Shown here: positions 48,390 through 64,000 of the stretch, one piece after another | Layout: every line of letters starts with the position of its first letter | Position numbering within the stretch: position 1 is the first letter of the stretch | Assembly (NCBI RefSeq): GCF_009914755.1 | Contig: NC_060934.1 | Source: the human T2T-CHM13v2.0 reference genome, Homo sapiens | DNA length: 64,000 nucleotides | Strand: one strand, 5' to 3' | Made by a program: the position numbers and the translations under genes | Notes under the pieces: generated by a model | Told to the model about the DNA's origin: nothing | Databases searched by the model: none | The model's input: the letters and a program-made list of their open reading frames with translations, nothing else

Positions 48390-50959
48390 TTACAGTAGGG
48401 GCATTATGCCTGTTATCAAACTAATCTAATTTCTATGTAAGGCAATGTTCTTTTGTATTTTGCTGAAGAAGAAATAAGAGGAATCTGAGAGGTCTTAGAA
48501 ACTAATTTTTGAAAGATTATATTTTCATTCAAAATGGATCAGATAAAGTTCTAAAGTCTAAGAAAATCTAAGGTACGATGTGAGCAACATGAAATTTTTC
48601 ATTCCACTTAGAAATTCTGAAAAAAGAGAACATACTATAACCAATGAAATGGGAATGAAAATTCAAGTAAAACCTTTTCATGAAAGATTATTCAATAAAT
48701 AAAAGAATATTCCTGGAGATTAACTGTAATCTTCCAAGAGGCATAGGTGCATAGGTGGCTCCTTTCATGGGTTGTGTATAAAAGTTAATTCAACAAATAT
48801 GCATTGAGTTAGTACCTAAAATATCATAGGTAATAGGGAGGAAACAGTATGTGGCATGACCTGTACTTATGAAAGACTAAAGGATCAATATCTTTTACAA
48901 CTAAGAGAAAGTTTGATATACTCAACTGTCTAAATGAATGGTACATATTCTATATGCACAGATGCTTCCACATTTGTTAATGAGTACTAAGGGCAAATAG
49001 GGAAGACGAAAACAGTAGGAATACAAAAGAAGGGTTTCATGAAGAAGTGGAGGCCAGAGACTGGTCTTACAGAACTGATATGATTTGAGTAAGGGAGAGA
49101 GCAACTACTATAAATGGAGCAAATTCCTTATTTGCAATCTTGGAAGGAAATCTTTAAGAAGTTACTTTAGTCTTCATTTTTCTATTTCACTTTGTACTTT
49201 TTAGTGACTAAAATAGGTTAGCAGAGAGCACTAAGAGAAATATAATACCAAGAATTAGAATCCTAAAACCTCAAGGGCTTCAGGTACCATATAACAAATC
49301 TATTGCCCTGAACTCAAGCTCCATTACCACAGTCCTGATGACTGTCTCTCTGCTGATTGAGTATCTCCTTGAACCAAGAGCTCACCATTTTATGAAACAA
49401 TTCCCTTCCTTGTTTCAGAATAGTCTACAGATATGAACTGAAGATCATTAAAGTATTTTAAGTACACAAATCAATATTCCCATTTGCTAGCCATAAAAAC
49501 ACTGAAAAGTCAAGGGGAAACATCTGCATAATAAAATTAAAGACTTTCATATAACTTTTAGGTTTCAAAATGAAACTACGTGTAAGGAGACTAAAACCCA
49601 GACTTTCCTAAGGCCACAAAGCAATTTAGTGGTAAAAACATTCTCTATAAATTCAATCTTCTTAACATCTTTCCAGTATGTGTTACTGTCCCACATATTC
49701 TAATCCAAAAGACTCTATTTTGTGTTTCATATCAAGAACTACATGCTCTGCTCCACAGCCTTCTGAAAATGAAAAAAAAGAAGTTTAATGATCTATTCAG
49801 ATGTGTTTCCCTTCCTTCGTGCACTGTAATTATTTCCAATAAAAATTTAAGGAGGTTAACTGGAAGATCTGACACAAAGCTTGAGCTAAATGTACCACCC
49901 TCTCCTCATACCACCACCCTCCCCTGACCCTCTTTCATATAAAAAATAGTACATTTTAACTTCAAAGAAGTTCCTGTTATCTGTGTACTCTCTGCCCATG
50001 GAAATTACATATACAACATACATACAGTCTCCAGATACTCCATTTCTATATAGGCACTTTCAAAGGAGGAACTCAGGCATTAAGTTCTTTCTAGAATTGA
50101 AAACGCTCACTCAGAAATAGCACCTCCAGCCCTTTCTGACAGGTGAAGCCCTGTCTATCAATCATTGCCCTGCTGCCTTGTTTTCTTTCTTTTTTTTTCC
50201 AGTCCAGTGTGATCAACTGAAACAATATCACTATCCAGCTCTGAGCATATTCATTTTACTTACATGTACATTGGAAGTTCTTTGGTGACTAATACTTAAA
50301 ATTATATCAGTTTACTTAAACCATGTTCAATGAAAAATAGATAATCAAAAAGATTTTTTTCCACAGAAGCTGTTTGACTAACAGTTTATGAGAATTCAAT
50401 GTTAGTTTCTTTCATTCTAACTTTTTAATTATTTTTAACTAAACATAGTTAAGAAATGGAGGTTTCTGTCAGCAATCCAAGTCTCTCAAGTTTTCCAGGA
50501 TGTTTTATCTACTGAATTCTTGAAATGTCTACTAAGAACAGTGCAATAATTTCCATAAGCAAAGGATGCCTACCAGTACAGAACCCAAAGCACTAAGCCC
50601 TGCTAAGGCACAGCATTCACATGGCACACTAAACAAAAATTTTAACAAAATTGTATTCATTTTTATCAATTTATAATTTATCCTATCAATTTTCAAAAAA
50701 CTTTAAAACAGTGTAGGATAAATACATGTATAAAATAAGCAGAATTAAAATAAAAATCAACTAAAAATCAACTAACAAAGGTTCATGTGATAGAAATTAT
50801 ATTAGAAAAATATAATATGTATTTGTAGGAACTACTAAAATTAAGGTTTCATTAATTGTTATGATCTTCTTGACAACATGGCTCTCATCATCTGCTATAA
50901 GTGGACCCATCTGTTTCTTACTATACATACATTTATACATGTATGTGTATATGCCTCCC

Positions 50960-51360
50960 TGTGTTAGTCCATTTGCATTGTTATAAAGGAAATAACCTGA
51001 GGCTGGGTGATTTATAAAGAAAAGAGGTTTATTTGACTCATGGTTTATTTGGCTCATTCTGCAGGGCTTCTGGTGAGGCCCAGGAAGCTTTTACTCATAG
51101 CAGAAGGTAAAGGGGGAGCCAGCATATCTCATGATGAAAGCGGGAACAAGAGAGAGGAGGGGGTGCCAGGCTTTCTTAAACAGTCAGATTTCATGTGAAC
51201 TCATACAGTAAGAATTCATTCATTATCACAAAGACTGTATCAAGCCATTCATGAGTGATCAGTCCCCAAGACCCAAACCCTACCACTAGGCCCACCTCCA
51301 ACATTGGAGGTCACATTTCAACACAGGATTTTGAAGGGGCAAAACATCCAAACTACATCA
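50960..51360 (-). mobile_element. MaLR solo LTR (MSTA/B-like)
   Basis: TG...CA ends; TSD ctccc/ctcca. Confidence 0.9.
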
Positions 51361-51574
51361 CTCCATAAGTTGTTAATGCAGTGTTTATCAAAGGCATGAC
51401 TTAATGTAAGTCTTGGAACTGTATTCATTGCTTAGTTTTAATGTTACATATTATACATATTATATAATCTCTATTAATAAATTCTCATTAAAAATTAAGA
51501 ACAATTAATTGTTAATGTACTAGGTGATTTGTTTAAAATAAATTTCTAAACAGGAAGTATAATGTTCTCATTCA

Positions 51575-51830
51575 TCTATTTATTCATTTATTCAACAGGA
51601 AGATGAAAAAGCCATGGTACCTACCCCGTGGCAAGCACCGTGAACAAGGCATTACATGCGTAATGCTATTTAATCTTCACAACAGTCGTGGTAAGAAAGT
51701 ATTGCCATACCCATCTTACAGCTGAGGAAACTAAAGCTCAGAAAGATTAGAATATACCAGTAAGTAGTGGAGTTGGGACTTGAACTCATTTGCCTAGCTG
51801 CATATTAAGATTCTCACCACTACATAATGT
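51575..51830 (-). mobile_element. MIR SINE
   Basis: 'tttaatcttcacaacag...cccatcttacagctgaggaaactaaagctcagaaagatta'. Confidence 0.75.
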
Positions 51831-53199
51831 AGTCTCACAACAAGTACTAACTTACCATTTATGTAGTACCAAAGACCAACTTAAAATGTAGTGTAGACTC
51901 AGAATCACAACTAGAATGTGGTCCTTGATTTTTAAGGTGTTTACAGTCCACTTTACCTCACTAACCTAACTAGAGCTATGCTAGGCATATCTTGGAGTTC
52001 AATGATTAGTTAACAATAAATTTAAATATAGAATGAGTCAGTAGATATAATATTGAGTTTCTATTATATGGCAGCTGCATGCAAAACATTGTATATGATG
52101 AATAAGGTGAAAATAACCCACTTCTAACATTAAACAGTGACGTTTACTAGAATCTTTGATGTAGGTAACAGAGAAGTAAAAATAATCTGTAGTTGCTTTT
52201 TAACTTTTTCCTTCAGACTACTGAGGAAATTATGTTCCACTTAATATCAAACCAGCTTTCTTGATTTATTTTCTAAGCCAAGGTTAATGCTCTTATACTA
52301 AGGGTCACTAACAGATTCCTTACCATTTACACCATTAGATTGTATAGCATTAAGATAAATCTACACTAGCGTGAGAAACATTACTGTTTTGCTCCTTATC
52401 ATTACTTATATATGTATATATCACCTTGTGCCAGAAAGGATATAAAGTGTTTTATAAGGATACATAAAACACAAATTAGCATAAATTTAAAGTTGGTTAA
52501 AAAAAAATAAAGGTAAAGACAAAGTAAGGTCGCTATACATCACTGTGGTGGCTGCAAATTTGGCTCCTTTCTTTCTAGCAACCTACCTGAAATAAGAAAA
52601 CTTATCACTTATTGAATTTACAATTCCAAAGGTATTTTTCTCATTGCTTAAGGAATATATGATATCCTTGGAATTAAGATGTTTTAATTTCTCCAAACCT
52701 CTTTTAAAAATATGTGACCTAATAAACAACTATTTTCATGCTTCATCCACTAAATATATGCATTATCTTCATAGACATGGTTTTTCTTGTTCCAGGAATA
52801 AAAGAAAAGGTACTGAGTTACATGTTTGCATTCTTCTAGATTCCCACTACTTACACACACCCCACCCACTAAAATAACAGATTCTTGTTTGTTTGATAAA
52901 TTCCCAGGTCTTCTTCCATTGTGCAGGCTCAAAGTTCCAGGGGAGCCCAAAACTGAAACAGCTCCCTAAGGCTAGGCAGAACTGTTTAATAAAACTCTGA
53001 GCCAGTGAAGAAAGGGAACAAATACAGGAAGCTCGTATGACTCAGTTTAGAGAAAAAGCTTTCTGAGAGCTTAGAAATAGAGCATGGAATGAGAGGAAGA
53101 AATTAGGCAGCTGCTACATATAGAAGATTGTAAAAATGAGAGAATAAGGAAAAAATATTTAAGAAAGCCTTACTGAGTATTATGCAATTATTCCCCTTT

Positions 53200-53500
53200 G
53201 CCTATTTGATAAGAAAAAGTGGTAAAGATTTGAATTTCTTTTCAATTATTTTTGATGCTACTTTGTTGCTTCTTTCAATGTGAATGCCACCAAAAAGGCC
53301 TATTTTGATAAGAAAAAGTGGTAAAGATTTGAATTTCTTTTCGGTTATTTTACATGCTACTTTGTTGCTTCTTTCAATGTGAATGCTACCAAAAAAGGGC
53401 CTATTTTGATAAGAAAAAGTAGTAAAGATTTGAATTTCTTTTCAATTATTTTATATGCTACTTTGTTGCTTCTTTCAATGTGAATGCTACCAAAAAAGGG
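53200..53500. repeat. Tandem repeat, ~98-101 bp unit, 3 copies
   Basis: Unit gcctat(t)ttgataagaaaaagtggtaaagatttgaatttctttt...atgctactttgttgcttctttcaatgtgaatgc(c/t)accaaaaag starts at 53200, 53298 and 53399. Confidence 0.95.
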
Positions 53501-55362
53501 AAAGAGATGGCTTGCTTTATGCAGCTTATAGTCTAATGACCTCAGTATAGAATAATGGCATCCCAGGGCCTCCTGTGGCTCCAGCCATCTGCACACTTGT
53601 GGTTGACAAGGGACTTCTCCTTCTGTCCAGAATTCACTTATGCAAGAATGGGACTTTTTAATTTTTTCAAACCTCAGAAGTTTTCTTTCAGAAACTAGAA
53701 AAAGCATAATAAGGAAACTTGAACCAAAAAGAACACTTCTACCTAATATAGTTTTTGAGGTGCCCCTAATCTCTATTGAGACCCAGAATCTTTCAGTGAT
53801 CACACATTCATCAAAGTAATGGTTTTCAGCCTTCTTCACAAACTCTAATAGAATAAAGTTTGCACCACTGTTACCTTTGATTGTACAAATATCTATATGT
53901 GTATAGTTAAAAACACTAGTTTAAAGGAAGAAGGAATCATATATAGGAGAATTACCCAACTCTTCACCCTTTTTTTTCTCTTCCCCACTTCATTCTCCTA
54001 AACCAAGGCTGCATGTGAAACTTGAGCATTCTGAGCGCAAAGCAACAGCACCATCAGAGCAAGACAGCTGTGTCCAGGAACTACATTCCTACAGAGGGTT
54101 TGGCAGCCAGTGTGGTCCCACAGTGCCTGGTGGGGATATACCCTGAAGGATCTCAAAAAAAAAAAAAAAAACCTGGGGAGTGTTGGAGGACAGCAGAAGT
54201 TTCACAGTCATGCAAGTGGAAGCTACCAGCCTGTGCACGGGAGCTTTAATATTAATGTGACCTCCTGGTCACATACAGTGCAGTAAAGGGACATTTAAAT
54301 AATATACAAAATGGAAATACCATCACCTTATCTGCTTATGTCTCTACATTGTTTCGAGCATCTAAAAATGAAATGCATAAAAAGGCACTCAGAAACTATA
54401 ATGTACAATATAAGTATATGCCAATATTCTAACTTCCAAATAAAACTTACTCATAAATTAGGTATAGGGTTAGACCTGATTCTGAATTCTTTACATTGCC
54501 ATGCACCATAGGGAATGTGCTTCTAAAAATATGCAATAAGTTATTTGGACAGTCTGACGAAAGCATAAGGAGTTCTTACTTTTTATAATTACACATTGAA
54601 TTTCATCTCATTTATTTACGTTCGGTCCTGTTTTCAACTACTTGGAATTCTTCTGAGCAGAAATTTTTCTTTATACAGACATTACATAACTCACAGGTCT
54701 CAGGCTACTCACCCCCTCCATGTCCATCTCCTTCTGCCCCTCTAACATACCACATACCACCCTTCTTACCCTCTCTTCAGATGGTAAAATGGGCGTTTCT
54801 CACATTCTTTTACCTAAGATCTGACTTCAACACTTGTTTGAACTGAGTTGAAAGCCTTCATTAAACATCAGCAGAAAAAAAGACTGACAATAGATCCTAG
54901 GGGGAAGTGAACAAAAAGGAAAGAAAAACAAAGCACTGAGGAAGATCATCTTAAAGGAAAAAGATAGAAAAAGTCTTATACTTTAATCCCAATGGCCTTT
55001 GTATATGTTTTAAGAATAGTGCCAGAACACGAAAAATGAGGGGTTTCATTTACTTATGACTGAAATACTGAGAATGATAAAGGTAGGAAATAGTGTCTGT
55101 CACTTAATGATTACATGACTGATAATTACCTTAAGAAAGTTGGCCATGCACATTAACATGAGTTCCACATAATGTTAATAACAAAGCAAACCACAAGTTC
55201 CTTTTTGGTTAATTCAAGTCTGATCAAAAGCAAGTGAAAGCACATACAATTCTCACAAAAGTTAAGTATTTGTTAAGACCTCATTCCAAAACCTCCGTCC
55301 TACCTTCCTATCCTTCTTTAAATCATCTGAAGTTCTGATCTGTAACAAGAAGCCCGTTAGTT

Positions 55363-56270
55363 GAGGGAGGACCCAAGACGGCCGAATAGGAACGGCTCTG
55401 GTCTACAGCTCCCAGCGTGAGCGACGCAGAAGACGGGTGATTTCTGCATTTCCAACTGAGGTACCAGGTTCATCTCACTAGGGAGTGCCAGACAGTGGGC
55501 GCAGGTCAGTGGGTGCGCGCACCGTGCACCAGCCGAAGCAGGGTGAGGCATTGCCTCACTGGGGAAGCGCAAGGGGTCAGGGAGTTCCCTTTCCGAGTCA
55601 AAGAAAGGGGTGACGGACGGCACCTGAAAAATCGGGTCACTCCCACCCGAATACTGCGCTTTTCCTAGGGGCTTAAAAAACGGCGCACCACGAGAGTATA
55701 TCCCGCACCTGGCTCGGAGGGTCCTACGCCCCACGGAGTCTCGCTGATTGCTAGCACGGCAGTCTGAGATCAAACTGCAAGGCAGCAGCGAGGCTGGGGG
55801 AGGGGCGCCCACCATAGCCCAGGCTTGATTAGGTAAACAAAGCAGCCGGGAAGCTCGAACTGGGTGGAGCCCACCACAGCTCAAGGAGGCCTGCCTGCCT
55901 CTGTAGGCTCCACCTCTGGGGGCAGGGCACAGACAAACAAAAAGACAGCAGTAACCTCTGCAGACTTAAATGTCCCTGTCTGACAGCTTTGAAGAGAGCA
56001 GTGGTTCTCCCAGCACGCAGCTGGAGATCTGAGAACCAGCAGACTGCCTCCTCAAGTGGGTCCCTGACCCCTGACCTCTGAGCAGCCTAACTGGGAGGCA
56101 CCCTCCAGCAGGAGCACACTGACACCTCACATGGCAGGGTATTCCAACAGACCTGCAGCTGAGGGTCCTGTCTGTTAGAAGGAAAACTTACAAACAGAAA
56201 GGACACCCACACCAAAAACCCATCTGTACATCACCATCATCAAAGACCAAAAGTAGATAAAACCACAAAG
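55363..56270. promoter_or_regulatory. L1 5'UTR: CpG-rich internal sense promoter and antisense promoter
   Basis: The only extended CpG-dense tract outside young Alus; canonical L1 5'UTR sequence; the YY1 motif reads caagACGGcc instead of caagATGGcc. Confidence 0.8.
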
Positions 56271-57287
56271 ATGGGGAAAAAACAGAACAGAAAAACTGGA
56301 AACTCTAAAAAGCAGAGGGCCTCTCCTCCTCCAAAGGAACACAGTTCCTCACCAGCAACGGAACAAAGCTGGATGGAGAATGACTTTGACGAGCTGAGAG
56401 AAGAAGGCTTCAGACGATCAAATTACTCTGAGCTACGGGAGGACATTCAAACCAAAGGCAAAGAAGTTGAAAACTTTGAAAAAAATTTAGAAGAATGTAT
56501 AACTAGAATAACCAATACAGAGAAGTGCTTAAAGGAGCTGATGGAGCTGAAAACCAAGGCTCGAGAACTACGTGAAGAATGCAGAAGCCTCAGGAGCCGA
56601 TGCGATCAACTGGAAGAAAGGGTATCAGCAATGGAAGATGAAATGAATGAAATGACGTGAGAAGGGAAGTTTAGAGAAAAAAGAATAAAAAGAAATGAGC
56701 AAAGCCTCCAAGAAATATGGGACTATGTGAAAAGACCAAATCGACGTCTGATTGGTGTACCTGAAAGTGATGGGGAGAATGGAACCAAGTTGGAAAACAC
56801 TCTGCAGGATATTATCCAGGAGAACTTCCCCAATCTAGCAAGGCAGGCCAACGTTCAGATTCAGGAAATACAGAGAACGCCGCAAAGATACTCCTTGAGA
56901 AGAGCAACTCCAAGACACATAATTGTCAGATTCACCAAAGTTGAAATGAAGGAAAAAATGTTAAGGGCAGCCAGAGAGAAAGGTCGGGTTACCCTCAAAG
57001 GGAAGCCCATCAGACTAACAGCGGATCTCTCGGCAGAAACCCTACAAACCAGAAGAGAGTGAGGGCCAATATTCAACATTCTTAAAGAAAAGAATTTTCA
57101 ACCCAGAATTTCATATCCAGCCAAACTAAGCTTCATAAGTGAAGGAGAAATAAAATACTTTATAGACAAGCAAATGCTGAGAGATTTTGTCACCACCAGG
57201 CCGGCCTTACAAGAGCTCCTGAAGGAAGCGCTAAACATGGAAAGGAACAACCAGTACCAGCCGCTGCAAAATCATGCCAAAATGTAA
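56271..57287 (+). pseudogene. L1 ORF1p, interrupted
   Basis: MGKKQNRKTGNSK...; 1017-bp span; premature TGA at 56658-56660 and 57060-57062. Confidence 0.93.
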
Positions 57288-57350
57288 AGACCATCAAGAC
57301 TAGGAAGAAACTGCATCAACTAACGAGCAAAATAACCAGCTAACATCATA

Positions 57351-61169
<3,819 letters not shown>

Positions 61170-61409
61170 ACAATGAGAACACATGGACACAGGAAGGGGA
61201 ACATCACACTCTGGGGACTGTTGTGGGGTGGGGGGAAGCAGGAGGGATAGCATTGGGAGATATACCTAATGCTAGATGATGAGTTAGTGGGTGCAGCGCA
61301 CCAGCATGGCACATGTATACATATGTAACTAGCCTGCACAATGTACACATGTACCCTAAAACTTAAAGTATAATAATAAAAAAAAAATAAATAAAAATAA
61401 AAATAAAAA

Positions 61410-62614
61410 GAATGTGGCCATGATGACAGGGAGGAAGATTTACCTCAGACCTGCAGTATGGACTTCTACTCATCAATATTTACTGGTCACAGAAACTGCT
61501 GAATTCAAAATCTGCCAACAATACCATCTGTGTGCTACAGAATACCTTATTCAGGATCATATTATTACTCATACCATCATTGTTGACCAAGGAATTTATT
61601 TTACAGCAAATAAAATGTGGCAAAGGGCCCTTGCTCATGAAATTAATCTTGCCATGATTTTCTTCATAGCATGGATAATAGTATGGTGGAATGGCTTTTT
61701 GAAGACTCATTTATGATGTCAGCCATATGGCAACACTTTTCAGAGCTGAAGTAATATCCCCAGTATATTCTGCATGGTCAGCATACATGTGTGGTGCCAT
61801 ATCGCTTACAGTCCAAATGTATGGGTCAAGGAATCAAAAGGAGGGAAAAAAAATTAGAATGTACTATCACTATTTCTTCAGGTGATATACTAGCAAACTT
61901 TTGCCGCTCATTGCCATTATTTTAGGCCCTGTGAGTTTAGAGATCTTAATTTCAAAGGAAGTAATGCTTCTATCAAGTGATAACGCAATAATGATTGCAT
62001 TGAACTAGACATTGAGACTTGACCCAGCCAAATTAGGGCCTTCAATTAACAGGCAACAAATGGGGTTTCTGTACTAGTTGGAGTGATTCTTCTAGCTATC
62101 AAGGTAAAATTAGGTTTCTACTAAAAAATAAAAAGATATATATACCTGAAATGGAGGAGATCTTCCAGAGTGCTTATTAGTATTCTCATTTCTTGTGATT
62201 GAAATCAGTGGAAAACTAGCACAGCTCAATTCAGGATGGACTGATAATCACCCAGATCCTTCAGCAATAATGATTTAGGTAACTTCATCAGGCAAGAAAT
62301 TAAACAAACTGAAGTTCTTGCTGGGGGCAAAGGATATAAAAATGGTAGTGGAAGAAGCTGTTTAAACATACCAGCTATAACGATGAGACCAGTTGCGGAT
62401 ATATGGACTAACTTAATTATGAGTATTTCTTATCTTTATATAAATATGACTCTTTTGTGTGTGTGATATCACATACACAATGTTTACTTTATTTTCTTTC
62501 TTCCCTCATTCCCTAATCATGTAAAATAAGATGTGTTAATAATGCTTAACTTTATATCTCAGTATTTAAGGTACACCGTATCAATAATGGAGCATGAATA
62601 GAAGAATGAATATC
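61410..62614 (+). mobile_element. 3'-transduced segment made of degenerate ERVL internal sequence (integrase and 3' region)
   Basis: Lies between the L1 tail and a second poly(A) (62615-62627) inside the TSD; translation HTIIVDQGIYFTANKMWQRA and WWNGFLKTHL resembles ERVL integrase (SDQGTHFTA, WNGLLK). Confidence 0.85.
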
Positions 62615-64000
62615 AAAAAAAAAAAAAGAAGCCCGTTAGTTAAATCAGTATGGGAAGTGGGCAATGCTGTAAAACAGCAGCTGACATCAGTATTGTAAAA
62701 TACATAAAATCTTTCATAAAATGAAAGATAGCACAGACAGCTATAAGAGGCATGTTTGCTTTGAAATACCCCTTAAGAATCTTAGCACTACACAGTACCT
62801 GCCACAGAGTTACCTTTTTACAAAGAAAGAGTAATTCTCCAAAATCTTACAACATTTCTGCACAATACTGGCTAAGGTCATTCTGATCCAGTATGACCCA
62901 GCCAGATATTGCATTATAATACCTGTATTAGAATGACAATTCTCACCTCCAGGATGTTAGTAAAATACCAATCTGATTACTAATTCAAACAAAAATACAG
63001 GGAGGGAGCATCAAATATCCATAAAAATTATTTACAGCAACTGTAGTTATTCAGGTCATTTTTACAGAAAGCCTATCCCCTGGGCCAATGTATTTGTGGC
63101 ATTTTTTTTTATTACTACATAGCTCAAAAGTGCCTTTCATGCTCAGCAGGCACATCATAGGCAAAGAACTGACAAATTGAAAAGCTATCATAAGAATATA
63201 AATCAAAAATTCTATAAAATTTGGCTTATATGCCCAAAGATGTCAAAAACATGATATACTACATCAGTTATTCACCATCAACAAAAAGAAACATTGAAAG
63301 CATCTATTTTAATCCTGATTTTTACACTTGCAGATTTTCCCCCACCAAATTTATCTTAAATAATTCTTAAGTACACTTTCTCCTCATATATATTTTATTG
63401 GCTTTCCCTTAAACATGAAAAATTATAGCAGTTTCTCTACACATCTAATCAACTCATTTCAGTAAAAACCATAACCAATTAAAATTTATTCTCAAAAAAA
63501 GGAATCTAATTCTTAACCATAGGCTAATGATGCTTAAAAGAATTGCTTTGCAGCTTGACCAGCAGATGGGACATCACTTTAGACTGCAACACAAGGAGAA
63601 ATTGATGAGAAAAAACTAAGAGACTTTCTGTTAGGAGAAAAACTGTAAGGGACACCACAGGAAGGAGCCATTTATAATCATTTTCTCCTCCACATAATTT
63701 AAAGCTGTGGGCCAGGAGCCAAATGATGGCAAGGAACACACCTCCCACCAAGCAAGAATTAAGATAACCAGCTCTAATATAAGCAACACAAAACTAATTA
63801 TTCTCATAAATTCCCTTCATAGTGTTAACACAAAACATCAACACTATGGTGCTGACAGCAGCAGGCAGGGAAGTGGTAGAAAATTTAGATCCAGCACTTT
63901 CCTTTAAACTTAGATTAGTACATCATAGCAATATCTATATTGGAAAAGTACAAACAGAACTAACAGAAGCATAATGGAACAAATTTCAGAATGTGAATAG

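Noticed and set aside
49680-49785. Strong minus-strand acceptor cttcttttttttcattttcag
   Set aside because: No convincing donor or recognisable peptide downstream.
53200-53500. Repeat array as CRISPR
   Set aside because: Contiguous ~100-bp units with no unique spacers, no cas genes, and a primate context.
53357-53839. 160-aa minus-strand ORF as a gene
   Set aside because: Non-ATG start, runs into the tandem repeat, and shows no recognisable protein similarity.
61414-61716. Integrase-like ORF as a functional or domesticated gene
   Set aside because: GTG start, internal deletions and degenerate motifs; it is a decayed ERVL remnant inside a transduction.

Overview
This is AT-rich, repeat-dense primate DNA, almost certainly human: it carries two AluYa5 elements and an L1PA2-type LINE-1. 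It looks intronic or intergenic, and I cannot support any intact host protein-coding exon, RNA gene or CRISPR array. Nearly every ORF in the track is an L1, Alu, Tigger or MaLR fragment, or noise. Main content: an RPL7A processed pseudogene (~2.4-3.2 kb), MER6 and Tigger1 DNA transposons, four MST-type MaLR solo LTRs, many Alu/MIR/L2 elements, a nested L1 stack (25.6-37.3 kb), a ~100-bp x3 tandem repeat (53.2-53.5 kb) and a full-length but ORF-disrupted L1PA2 (55363-61409). I found no new gene system. The most informative signal is retrotransposon-mediated movement of foreign DNA, read from target-site duplications (TSDs). (1) The L1PA2 carries a ~1.2-kb 3' transduction of ERVL sequence inside a perfect 16-bp TSD. 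(2) A twin-primed, 5'-inverted L1PA4/5 has a ~2.35-kb internal loss plus a ~0.65-kb 3' transduction inside a 14-bp TSD. (3) An AluY appears to carry ~108 bp of extra 3' flank and sits at a ~160-bp target deletion. Several smaller events are also listed. Repeat subfamily names come from recalled consensus features, not a RepeatMasker run, and boundaries of old repeats are approximate.
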